Origin: Clostridia bacterium
GTDB lineage: Bacteria; Bacillota; Clostridia; Oscillospirales; CAG-272
NCBI GenBank assembly: GCA_017410065.1
Contig: JAFQRL010000024.1
Span: 6,173 to 70,172 of the forward strand
Direction of reading: 5' to 3'
Length of the DNA stretch: 64,000 nucleotides
The stretch's first letter is position 1. Every line of letters starts with the position of its first letter. A program made the translations under genes and the position numbers. The notes under the pieces were generated by a model. That model saw nothing but the letters and a program-made list of their open reading frames with translations. It did no database searches and was not told the DNA's origin. Shown in pieces: positions 51,439 through 60,681 of the stretch.

Positions 51439-52260
51439 ATGCCGATTTTAATTCCACTTCTTGTTCTTGGTGTAATAGCTCTTATATGCGCTATTCTCCT
51501 CACGGTATCCTCCGTGCTCTTCGGAGTTAAGGAAAACGAAAAGGTCGCCGCCGTCCGCGACTGTCTCCCAGGTGCAAACTGCGGAGCCTGCGGTTATTCG
51601 GGCTGCGACGGCTATGCAAAGGCTCTCGGAGAGGGAAAAACTAATAATCCCTCCCTCTGCGTTCCCGGCGGCGACGGCGTTGCCTCCGAGCTCGGAGCTA
51701 TTATGGGTCTTGAAGCACAGGACGTTGTTGAGCGCGTGGCATACGTTGCCTGCAACGGCTCCTGCTCACCCGATGAAAGAAAATACGATTACCAGGGAAT
51801 TTCCACCTGTGTCAGTGCGAATATGATCTATTCGGGAGACAGATTCTGCACCTTCGCCTGCCTCGGCTACGGCGACTGCGTGAAGGTCTGCCCGAGAGAT
51901 GCTATCTGCATCAATCCCGAAAAGCAAATCGCGGAGATCGACCCGAGAAAATGTATCGGCTGCGGTCTTTGCGTGAAGGAATGTCCCAACGGTATCATCA
52001 GCCTTATCAACGACACCTCCCGCGTTGTCGTTAAGTGCTCAAGCCACGACAAGGGCGCACAGGTCCGCAAGGTCTGCCTCAACGGCTGTATTGCCTGCGG
52101 CAAGTGCGAGAAGTCCTGCCCCTCGGGTGCTATCAAGGTTGAAAATAACCTTGCAACTATCGATTACGATAAGTGCACAGGGTGCGGGATTTGTCACGAT
52201 GTTTGTCCGGTGAAGTGTATACATGTGGGTAACTTCATCTGCGGCGCCCATTTTGAGTAA
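51439..52260 (+). CDS. rnfB: Rnf complex subunit B
   Basis: N-terminal TM, LPGANCGACGYSGC, multiple ferredoxin motifs; RBS AGGAGG before ATG 51439. Confidence 0.95.
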   Translation: MPILIPLLVLGVIALICAILLTVSSVLFGVKENEKVAAVRDCLPGANCGACGYSGCDGYAKALGEGKTNNPSLCVPGGDGVASELGAIMGLEAQDVVERVAYVACNGSCSPDERKYDYQGISTCVSANMIYSGDRFCTFACLGYGDCVKVCPRDAICINPEKQIAEIDPRKCIGCGLCVKECPNGIISLINDTSRVVVKCSSHDKGAQVRKVCLNGCIACGKCEKSCPSGAIKVENNLATIDYDKCTGCGICHDVCPVKCIHVGNFICGAHFE

Positions 52261-52627
52261 TTTTCGGTGCTTTTCGGCGAGGACAGGAATGATTTTCCCA
52301 AAATGAGTTTTCGTAGGCTGTGAATTTTCAGAGCGGTATTCCTTAGCTTCGTTTAACGACCTCGACATATTCGTATATGCCTGTCGGTCGTTAATCAAAG
52401 CTCCTCATCCAAAAATCCCTCGAAAATCGGGTAGTAGGATTAAGGTTTAATAAATCCCTCAAAAATTCATTTTTGGTGCTTTTGAAAATCCATCGAAAAG
52501 GATAAAATAAATGATATAAGCACAGTATTTAGATAGCTGTATATTCTTTAAAAAGTAAATAAAAGTTTACAAAATCAATAAAAATTGCCGAATATGGCAA
52601 GGATAAAGCGGAGAGGAAAGGTTCAAA

Positions 52628-53008
52628 ATGCAGGAAAAAGAGGTAAATGTCGAGGGCAAGAGGCGAAGACTTTTGGCAGACGTTATTCTCATTCTTGTGA
52701 TTTTGGCGATAGGCTTCTCCGTTTTTCTTATCGTCAGGCTCACGGAGGATGAGGGCGTGATGGTTGCGGTGAGGGTCGGAGACGGCGAGGAGCAGCTTTA
52801 TTCGCTCTCGGTGGACGGTGAGTACGTGCTGAACGGTGGCACGAACAAGCTGGTTATTTCGGGAGGCGAGGCGTATATGGTTGAGGCGAATTGCCCCGAC
52901 AGGACCTGCGTGCGCACAGGCAAGATCTCAAAGACAGGCGAGAAGATCGTTTGTCTGCCAAACAAGATCTATATATCCATTCTCGGTGCCGAGGAGGTGT
53001 TAAGATGA
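52628..53008 (+). CDS. NusG domain II-containing secreted protein (DUF1312-like)
   Basis: N-terminal TM; EANCPDRTCVRTGKIS..GEKIVCLPNK. Confidence 0.85.
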   Translation: MQEKEVNVEGKRRRLLADVILILVILAIGFSVFLIVRLTEDEGVMVAVRVGDGEEQLYSLSVDGEYVLNGGTNKLVISGGEAYMVEANCPDRTCVRTGKISKTGEKIVCLPNKIYISILGAEEVLR

Positions 53009-53661
53009 GTAAGTTACCTTCGGATCCTCGCGGCAAAAATTCGTCGGGCGACGTCGGTTGCCCTGATGCATCAGCCGATAAGGCTTGCGAAAATTCCGGA
53101 AATTCTCTCCGCGGTGCGAAAAAAAGCGGTATTGGCAACGGTGCCGGAAGAAACAAGATAATACTTCGGCGGTGCGTGACGGTTTCGATGCTTGTGGCGG
53201 CGGCGATGGTGCTTTCCTACGTTGAGAGCCTTATTCCGCCCATCGTTCCGATCCCGGGTGTGAAGATCGGTCTTGCAAATTCTGTAACGCTATTTGCGCT
53301 TTACTCCTTAAGCATTAAGGAGGCGGGGGCTATATCCCTTGTGCGCGTTTGCCTTTCGGCTTTGCTTTTCGGCAACGCGGTGGGGCTGCTTTACAGCGCG
53401 TCGGGAGCCTTGCTCTCCTTCGTTATGATGGCACTTCTTTCAAGGAGCAGAATATTCTCCTGCGTTGGTGTCAGCGTGGTGGGCGGTGTTGCTCACAACG
53501 TGGGTCAGGTCCTTGCGGCTATGGCAGTAATGCAGACGCCGTGGCTTATCACCTACCTTGCGCCCTTGCTTATCTCGGGCGTTATCGCGGGCGCGGGCAT
53601 CGGTATTCTTTCGGGGATTCTGATCAAAAAGACTACGACTTTATTGAAAAAGCTTTTATAA
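53005..53661 (+). CDS. Gx transporter family (heptaprenyl diphosphate synthase component I-like) membrane protein
   Basis: LSYVESLIPP..PIPGVKIGLAN, GVSVVGGVAHNVGQ; ATG overlaps the preceding stop (ATGA). Confidence 0.85.
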   Translation: MSKLPSDPRGKNSSGDVGCPDASADKACENSGNSLRGAKKSGIGNGAGRNKIILRRCVTVSMLVAAAMVLSYVESLIPPIVPIPGVKIGLANSVTLFALYSLSIKEAGAISLVRVCLSALLFGNAVGLLYSASGALLSFVMMALLSRSRIFSCVGVSVVGGVAHNVGQVLAAMAVMQTPWLITYLAPLLISGVIAGAGIGILSGILIKKTTTLLKKLL

Positions 53662-53679
53662 AATTGTTTTGTATTATCG

Positions 53680-53716
53680 GCAGAGAGCACCGCGGAGGGC
53701 AGGTGCTCTCTTTATT
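53680..53716 (+). terminator. Intrinsic terminator
   Basis: AGAGAGCACC...GGTGCTCTCT followed by T-rich tract. Confidence 0.65.
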
Positions 53717-53771
53717 ATTTCTTTTATCGTTTCTGCGGCTCTTTATCCTTTGTCGTTTATTTTTTAGTCTG

Positions 53772-53800
53772 TTGACAAATAATTTATAATATGGTAGAAT
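53772..53800 (+). promoter_or_regulatory. sigma-A promoter of the MFS-GDPD operon
   Basis: TTGACA-17 nt-TAGAAT with TG extension. Confidence 0.7.
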
Positions 53801-53871
53801 AAAACGTAATCTTTAGTTAATATTCCTCTAAAAGTTATTATTCCTCTAAAACGAAAAACGGAGAAAGAAAA

Positions 53872-55398
53872 ATGAATGGATTAAAGTTGAATTACAAAAG
53901 AACGATTCTCGTTGGATTTGCGTTCTTTCTTATCAGCGCATTCTGGCAGGCGTATGACGCCATAGTGCCTCTTATCCTCACCAACCATTACGGACTGCCC
54001 CAGACTATCTCGGGCGTTGTAATGTCGGCGGATAACGTGCTTGCGGTATTTATGCTTCCCATATTCGGCGCGCTGTCGGACAGAGTTATGACCCGTCGCG
54101 GAAAGAGAACGCCCTTTATTATCGTGGGTACTATCGCGGCGACCGTCAGCTTCGTTCTGCTCACTCTTATAGACACGATACAGCTTAACGCCATCTCGGG
54201 CACAGGTATTCCCGAGGCATACGAGGCGGCAAAGGCTTCTCTCAAGGAGGCGACCGACGCGCTGGTTGCGGCAGGTAAAACGGGAGACTCCTCCTTAATT
54301 GCCGCGGCAGAGGCAAACGTTAAGGCTGTCAACGACGTGATAGAGGGAATAAGAGCGCAAACGCTTGACATCACTCTCGGCAACATCTGGCCCCTTCTCG
54401 GCTTCATCGGTCTGCTTCTCGTGGTGCTCGTTTCTATGGCGACCTTCCGCTCTCCCGCCGTTGCTCTTATGCCCGACGTTACCGTTAAGCCCCTGCGCTC
54501 CAAGGGTAACGCCATCATCAACCTTATGGGAACTGCGGGCGGTATCATCGTCCTCGTTCTCGGTATGATCTTCGGCACGGATAAATATTATCATATGAAG
54601 TATACGGGCTACGTTATCGCCGTTTGCGGTCTTATGATCGCGGCTCTTTCGGTATTCCTTCTCACGGTTAAGGAAAGACGCTGGGCAGAGGAAATGAAGC
54701 TTGACACCGAAAGGCTCGGCATCGTTGAGGCTCCCGCGGCAGAGGAGGGCGAAAAGCGCACCCTCTCAAAGCCCGAGCTCAAATCGCTTATGCTTATCCT
54801 CGCGTCGGTTGCGCTCTGGTATATCGGCTATAACTCCATCACAAGTAAATATTCGGTATACTCCACAAACGTGCTCTTCTTCAGCTTCAATATGACTCTG
54901 ATAATCGCACAGGCGGCGGCTGTTATCGCTTATATCCCCGTTGGTATGGTTGCATCGAAGATAGGCAGAAGAAAGACCATTCTTGCAGGTATCGCAATGC
55001 TGGGTACAGCCTTCTTTATCGGTAACTTTATCAGCTTCAATACTCCCGAGTTCGTTATTATCCCCGTGTTCGTGCTTGCGGGCATCGGCTGGGCGACCAT
55101 AAACGTCAACTCCTTCCCGATGGTGGTCGAGCTTGCCAAGGGCGGCGAGGTCGGTAAATACACAGGCTATTACTACACCGCTTCGATGGCGGCGCAGATC
55201 GTTGCTCCCATTCTTTCGGGCGCGCTCTACGATCTCTTTGATCTCTTCACGGACGGCAACGGTATGAGAGTCGTGTTCTTCGCATTCGGTACGATCTTCG
55301 TTGCGGCATCCTTCGTCACGATGTTCTTCGTTAAGCACGGAGACTCCCGCGCCGAAAAGAAGGGCGCACTTGAGGCTTTGGCAGGCGAGGAGGACTGA
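53872..55398 (+). CDS. MFS transporter (GPH/SLC45-like sugar porter)
   Basis: FGALSDR..TRRGKRTPF, RSPAVALMPD, IGRRKT, GKYTGYYY; about 12 TM. Confidence 0.88.
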   Translation: MNGLKLNYKRTILVGFAFFLISAFWQAYDAIVPLILTNHYGLPQTISGVVMSADNVLAVFMLPIFGALSDRVMTRRGKRTPFIIVGTIAATVSFVLLTLIDTIQLNAISGTGIPEAYEAAKASLKEATDALVAAGKTGDSSLIAAAEANVKAVNDVIEGIRAQTLDITLGNIWPLLGFIGLLLVVLVSMATFRSPAVALMPDVTVKPLRSKGNAIINLMGTAGGIIVLVLGMIFGTDKYYHMKYTGYVIAVCGLMIAALSVFLLTVKERRWAEEMKLDTERLGIVEAPAAEEGEKRTLSKPELKSLMLILASVALWYIGYNSITSKYSVYSTNVLFFSFNMTLIIAQAAAVIAYIPVGMVASKIGRRKTILAGIAMLGTAFFIGNFISFNTPEFVIIPVFVLAGIGWATINVNSFPMVVELAKGGEVGKYTGYYYTASMAAQIVAPILSGALYDLFDLFTDGNGMRVVFFAFGTIFVAASFVTMFFVKHGDSRAEKKGALEALAGEED

Positions 55399-55399
55399 T

Positions 55400-56218
55400 A
55401 TGATAGCTCTTTATATAGGTCTCGGGTTGCTTGGACTTTTTCTCATACTTTTCATAGTATATCTTATACTTTTAAAGCCAAAGGACACGGCATCCGTTAA
55501 CGAATATAAAAACGTGCTGTTTGCCCACAGAGGGCTTCACAATTCCGTGAGAGCTGAAAACTCCCTCTCCGCATTTGCGGCGGCTGTGGAGGCGGGCTAC
55601 GGAATAGAGCTTGACGTCAGGCTCTCAAAGGACGGCAAGCTTGTGGTCTTCCACGACGACACCCTCGACCGCGTTTGCGGTATCTCGGGCAAGGTCATAG
55701 ACTACACCGCAGAGGAGCTTTCCGCCTTCTCCCTTTCGGGAACTGAAGACGGCGTGCCAACCTTTTCCGAGGTCCTCTCTCTCGTTGACGGCAAGGTGCC
55801 CCTCCTCGTTGAGATAAAGGAGGATGCGGGCGACAGCAAGGTGTCCTCGGCGGCGGCAAAAATGCTTGCCGATTATAAGGGCAAATTCATCGTTGAATCC
55901 TTCAACCCCCTCTCAATAAAGAATTTCAAGGCGCATCTTTCGGGTGTCCCCTGCGGTATTCTTTGCGAAAGCTACGTTAAGGAAAAGAAATACAGAAAGC
56001 CCCTTTATTATCTTATCGGCGCAATGATAACCAACGCTATCTGTAAGCCGTCCTTTATCGCTTTTAACCATAGGCACTATAAGAGCTTTGCTTTAAGGCT
56101 CGCAAGAAAGCTTTATAAAACACCCACCTTCGCCTGGACGGTACGCTCGGTGGAGGAGGAGAGGGCGGCAAGAAAGCACGGCTTCGATTCGGTGATATTT
56201 GAGAACTACGCGGCTTAA
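55400..56218 (+). CDS. Glycerophosphodiester phosphodiesterase with N-terminal anchor
   Basis: FAHRGLH, ENSLSAF, IELDVRLSKDG..VVFHD, LVEIK, AWTVR; start ATG 55400. Confidence 0.9.
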   Translation: MIALYIGLGLLGLFLILFIVYLILLKPKDTASVNEYKNVLFAHRGLHNSVRAENSLSAFAAAVEAGYGIELDVRLSKDGKLVVFHDDTLDRVCGISGKVIDYTAEELSAFSLSGTEDGVPTFSEVLSLVDGKVPLLVEIKEDAGDSKVSSAAAKMLADYKGKFIVESFNPLSIKNFKAHLSGVPCGILCESYVKEKKYRKPLYYLIGAMITNAICKPSFIAFNHRHYKSFALRLARKLYKTPTFAWTVRSVEEERAARKHGFDSVIFENYAA

Positions 56219-56240
56219 TGCTCGGGGAGCATTAAGCAGT

Positions 56241-56680
56241 TATGATTGCCCAAAGGGCAAGTTATGAGTTATGAGATGCTCCGCATCGTTATAATGATTA
56301 TAGAATGTCGAAAAGGCAAAAAGCCTTTTCGCGGCTGATTTTTCAGCCGTTGCAAAAAGCAAAAAACTGCTTTTTGCTTCTATATCATTGCAACAGAAAT
56401 CGACAAATTTCCTTTCGAAATTTGTTAGCAAATCAAAGATTTGCAGTCGAAATTTTCGAATTTCGACTTTCGATTGTCGTTATGAGCGGCAAGCCGCGTT
56501 TTGGCTAGTTTAGGGCAATCATATCATAATGATTATAGAATGTCGAAAAAGCAAAAAACTGCTTTTTGCTTCTATATCATTGCAACAGAAATCCACAAAT
56601 TCCCTTTCGAAATTTGTTAGCAAATCAAAGATTTGCAGTCGAAATTCTCGAATTTCGACTTTTGATTGTCGTTATGAGCG
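56241..56680. repeat. Duplicated hairpin-rich non-coding element
   Basis: 56291-56488 and 56526-56680 near-identical (first has a 43-nt insert); TATGATTGCCC/GGGCAATCATA inverted pair at 56241 and 56513-56523. Confidence 0.85.
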
Positions 56681-56708
56681 ATAAAGCCAAATTTATAACT
56701 GAATAATT

Positions 56709-56764
56709 AAAAACAGAGCAAGAATTAAAGGAGAAAATTTTTCCTTACGTTCTTGCTCTTTTTT
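56709..56764. terminator. Terminator-like hairpin resembling 1760-1816
   Basis: AAAAACAGAGCAAGA...ACGTTCTTGCTCTTTTTT. Confidence 0.55.
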
Positions 56765-56765
56765 G

Positions 56766-56970
56766 GTGAAGTTTGTGCGGTGCACAGGTGAAGTTGCTCG
56801 CTATGGCTCGCAGTGAAGTTTGTGCTACGCACAAGTGAAGTTAAGTTTGCCCATCACTTCGCCATCAGGCGAAACTTCACTCACGAAGTGAACTTCACTA
56901 TCAGAGATAACTTCACTTGCCCAAAGGGCAAACTTAGTTATTCGTGTTCTCCGTTAAGGATAACACGCTA
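56766..56970. repeat. Second copy of the GTGAAGT/ACTTCAC hairpin-ladder element
   Basis: GTGAAGT at 56766, 56788, 56813, 56835; ACTTCAC at 56874, 56892, 56910; closing CGTGTTCTCCGTTAAGGATAACACG hairpin. Confidence 0.9.
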
Positions 56971-56991
56971 AATCTCGCCGCTTTTTAGCTC

Positions 56992-57090
56992 AAAGTTCGT
57001 CAAGAAAAATGTATCAATAATGCAAAAGTTCGTCAAGAAAAATGTATCAATAATGCAAAAGTTCGTTGATAAAATGTAATCTATTGCTCA
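56992..57090. repeat. 33-bp tandem repeat, about 3 copies, upstream of the AAA ATPase promoter
   Basis: AAAGTTCGTCAAGAAAAATGTATCAATAATGCA at 56992 and 57025, degenerate at 57058. Confidence 0.9.
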
Positions 57091-57098
57091 AAAGTATG

Positions 57099-57127
57099 TT
57101 GACTTTTTCGTAATTTAGGTGTATAAT
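57099..57127 (+). promoter_or_regulatory. sigma-A promoter
   Basis: TTGACT-17 nt-TATAAT. Confidence 0.7.
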
Positions 57128-57159
57128 GATACTGTATTATTATCCGGAGGTGTTTTGCC

Positions 57160-58464
57160 TTGTATAGATTAGCAATTGAAGAATTATATGAATGGAAAAA
57201 GAGCGCCAATCGTAAGCCTTTAATTATTGAAGGAGCAAGACAGGTTGGTAAGACTTGGCTTATGAAGGAGTTCGGCAAGCAAGCTTACGAAAAAACGGTG
57301 TATATCAATTTTGATTCCAACTCAAGAATGGCTGAATTGTTTTCTTCCGACCTTGAAATCGGTAGAATTATTATGGGCTTGGAGCTTTATTCTGATGTTA
57401 AGATAACTCCTGAAAATACTCTTATTATTTTTGACGAGGTGCAGGAAGTGCCTCGCGCCTTGGCGAGCTTGAAATATTTCTATGAAAATGCTCCCGAGTA
57501 TAATATTATTTGCGCAGGCTCATTGCTTGGTATTGCTTTGCATCAAGGTACTTCCTTCCCCGTAGGTAAGGTGGACTTTCTTAATTTGTATCCGCTTTCC
57601 TTTAAGGAATTTCTTATGGCTATGGGTAAGGAAAAATATGTTGATTTGATGAACTCCGGCGATTATGAAATGATGACTGCATTCAAGCAGGATTTGATTG
57701 ATTCTTTGAAGCATTATTATTTTATCGGTGGAATGCCCGAAGCGGTAATGTCGTTTGCTACAGAAAAAGATTTTAACAAGGTTCGCAGAATACAGAAAAG
57801 AATCCTTGAAGCCTATGAGCAGGATTTCTCTAAGCACGCCCCGGGTGAATCCGTTCCTAAGCTCCGTATGCTTTGGAACAGTATTCCGTCGCAGCTTGCA
57901 AAGGAAAACAAGAAGTTTATTTATGGCTTGGTTCGTGAGGGCGGCAGAGCAAAGGATTATGAAACCGCGATTATGTGGTTAACTGATTGCGGACTTGTTC
58001 ACAAGGTAAGCCGTGTAACGGTCGGTCATTTGCCGCTAAAGGCGTATGAGGATATGAAAGCATTTAAGATGTTCGTGGTGGACGTTGGCTTGCTTGGTTG
58101 TATGGTTGGCTTGAATAAGAAAATTTTGCTTGACGGAAACGATCTTTTCGTAGAGTTTAAAGGCGCACTCACCGAGCAATACGTGCTTCAGCAGTTGATT
58201 ACCAATCCCGATTTGAATATTTACTACTACACCAACGATAACGGTAACTGCGAGGTTGATTTCCTTGTAGATACAGGTGATACCATTGTCCCTGTTGAAG
58301 TAAAAGCGGAGGTTAATCTTCGTGCCAAAAGCCTAAGATTGTATGTTGAAAAATTCTCGCCCGATGTTGCTATCCGAACCTCAATGCAGGATTACAAAAA
58401 GGAATCTTGGCTTGTCAATCTCCCGCTTTATTCCATTGAGAATTTGACAAAAGAATTGGTTTGA
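57160..58464 (+). CDS. AAA+ ATPase (AAA_14 plus DUF4143) with C-terminal nuclease-like motif
   Basis: GARQVGKT, IIFDEVQ, AGSLLG, GGMPE, DVGLL, EVDFL...PVEVK; TTG start; codon style differs from neighbours. Confidence 0.88.
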   Translation: MYRLAIEELYEWKKSANRKPLIIEGARQVGKTWLMKEFGKQAYEKTVYINFDSNSRMAELFSSDLEIGRIIMGLELYSDVKITPENTLIIFDEVQEVPRALASLKYFYENAPEYNIICAGSLLGIALHQGTSFPVGKVDFLNLYPLSFKEFLMAMGKEKYVDLMNSGDYEMMTAFKQDLIDSLKHYYFIGGMPEAVMSFATEKDFNKVRRIQKRILEAYEQDFSKHAPGESVPKLRMLWNSIPSQLAKENKKFIYGLVREGGRAKDYETAIMWLTDCGLVHKVSRVTVGHLPLKAYEDMKAFKMFVVDVGLLGCMVGLNKKILLDGNDLFVEFKGALTEQYVLQQLITNPDLNIYYYTNDNGNCEVDFLVDTGDTIVPVEVKAEVNLRAKSLRLYVEKFSPDVAIRTSMQDYKKESWLVNLPLYSIENLTKELV

Positions 58465-58623
58465 CGATTTTAGGAGGAAGATATGCCTATCATTTCATTA
58501 AAAATTATTATTCTATTGACGGGTGGGTAGTAGTTATAGTATACTATATGTAGGGAATCCGAGGTGGGGCGGTTGCGCTTTTCCTCGGGAAAACAGATAA
58601 TTTAAAGCAAAGGAAATAATTTT

Positions 58624-60552
58624 ATGACAATAAGAACAAGGCTTTTATCGCTTCTTCTTGCGCTGGTTATGATTTGCTCTCTGCTTCTTGTGAGCTGCTC
58701 CTGCGCACCCGGTGATGATGCAGGTGAGGAAAACGGCGGCTCGGGAGGTCAGGTGAAGCCCGACGGCGGAGACGGCGAGGAGGACGGAGGGGACGATGAG
58801 CCCGACGAGCCCGAGGTAAAAGAGCCTATTTCAATGGGATTTTTACTTAAGGATATTAGCATCAACCTCACCGAGGGCACGAATATGCAGCTGACTATCG
58901 GCGAGATATACTTCGAGGAAAACGCGGAGGGCGAGCTTCTCGGCGAGGGCTACGGCACGCTTATTGAAAAATATAACGGCACAAAACGCTCGGAGAATGA
59001 AATAATAATTGCGGTATTCAAAGGCTACGTTTACATTGCGCGCTGGGATAGCCAGGCTCACGGCGTGGCAAGCATAGGAAGGATCGGCCAGATCCTTAAA
59101 TTGGCGGACGAGAAGAATATCGGAAGAATATCCCTCCCCGCCTTTCTCGGAATGATAGACGGTGCTGTGGGTATGAACGTGAGCTCGCTTATTATGGGAG
59201 CCGCCACCTCTCCCGACGCTATGGGCAATTGGCTTGCAAACGAGCTTATCCCCGCACTCGGCAGTCTTAATTCCTCACTTCTTCTCGGCAAGCTCGATCA
59301 GATAAGCACGAAGCTTCGTGAGAGCCTTATTAAGACCGAGGGCGAGGGCGAGGGAGCCGTCTCGGTCGTGGATCTCGGTGCTCTTGCAAAGTGGCAGAGC
59401 GAGCTTTCCGAAAAGACCGTGAAGGAGATAATCGAGCAGATATTCGGAGAGGGAAGCTTCCTTGATATGAAGACCGCCGTCACAGGCGCGCTTACCCTTT
59501 CGGTCAGCGAGCTTATCTCAAATCTTGAGGCAAACGGCGCAAACCGCGAGAAGCTTTTCGCGGCTCTCGATAGCCTTGCGGCTATTATTTCGGGCGGAGA
59601 ATATAAGACTCTTGAGGAGATGCTAAAGCTTTCCTCGGATATTGAGGATATGCTTGATGATCCCGAGGTAGCGGGCTTCACCGTCTCAATGCTGCTTATG
59701 AATATTCTCGGCATCGAGGGCGATGTCGCTCTCTCAATGAAGATATCCGAATTCTACGATACCCTCTCGTCGAAGACCCTCTATGAGATAATAGACACCG
59801 AGAACTCCGAAATAAAGAGCTTTATCGACTCGCTCACCGAGAGCCTTGCAAGCTATGGGGATATCCGCTATAAGACGGACGGCGACGGCAAGGTTACCGA
59901 GCTTTATATCACCGCAGACACCAAGGGCGACTCCGCAACGCTCATATCGAATATCGCAAGCCTTCTGAATTTCAGCTATAAGGACGGAAAGATCAGCCTT
60001 GATATCACCGCGGATAAGGGCTATTACAGCGAGATCAAGGGAAATATTGAGCTTATTTACGATAAGGAGGAGACCTTCGGCGGTGAGATATTCTCGGCGA
60101 TCTCGGAAAAGCTTCTTGAGATACCCTCGGAGGAGGTGCTTCTTGAAAAGACTGTGGAGGCACTTGTCAAGATCTACGGCGAGGACGTGAGCTTCACCTA
60201 CGGTGAGGACGGCAAACCTATTTCAGCCGTGGCATACAGATACCGCTTCTCGGAGGTTAACGGGGACTTCATTTGCGAATACACGGTTGAAAAGATGGTC
60301 TGCGACCTTCGCTCCTTTGCTATGACCGAGCTTGAATATTCAGGTAGCAGCGATATTCAGATCACGGCAAGCCTTTTTGTAGACGCGGAGATGTCGGTGT
60401 ACGACGTTCGGGTGGAGTCGGCAGACGGCGAGCTTATTTACCGCACCGATCTTATCGATCCCGAAAACCCGAAGATGAGGGCTGATGCCGTAAATTCCAT
60501 CACCCCGATATACTTCCTTTACGACACGGTTTCGGGCGAGCTGGAATACTAA
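58624..60552 (+). CDS. Large acidic lipoprotein, unknown function (paralogue 1)
   Basis: Signal peptide with lipobox LLVSC, acidic G/D/E linker; similar to the next gene. Confidence 0.8.
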   Translation: MTIRTRLLSLLLALVMICSLLLVSCSCAPGDDAGEENGGSGGQVKPDGGDGEEDGGDDEPDEPEVKEPISMGFLLKDISINLTEGTNMQLTIGEIYFEENAEGELLGEGYGTLIEKYNGTKRSENEIIIAVFKGYVYIARWDSQAHGVASIGRIGQILKLADEKNIGRISLPAFLGMIDGAVGMNVSSLIMGAATSPDAMGNWLANELIPALGSLNSSLLLGKLDQISTKLRESLIKTEGEGEGAVSVVDLGALAKWQSELSEKTVKEIIEQIFGEGSFLDMKTAVTGALTLSVSELISNLEANGANREKLFAALDSLAAIISGGEYKTLEEMLKLSSDIEDMLDDPEVAGFTVSMLLMNILGIEGDVALSMKISEFYDTLSSKTLYEIIDTENSEIKSFIDSLTESLASYGDIRYKTDGDGKVTELYITADTKGDSATLISNIASLLNFSYKDGKISLDITADKGYYSEIKGNIELIYDKEETFGGEIFSAISEKLLEIPSEEVLLEKTVEALVKIYGEDVSFTYGEDGKPISAVAYRYRFSEVNGDFICEYTVEKMVCDLRSFAMTELEYSGSSDIQITASLFVDAEMSVYDVRVESADGELIYRTDLIDPENPKMRADAVNSITPIYFLYDTVSGELEY

Positions 60553-60681
60553 AGTGAAATATTTATTAAAAAACATTAAAAAACATTAAAAAATTCAGAT
60601 ATACTATTGAAAAATAAACACCAAATGTGATATAATTAAATCAACAGAGAAAACTCTGAAAATTTTATGGAGGTTCAGAAT

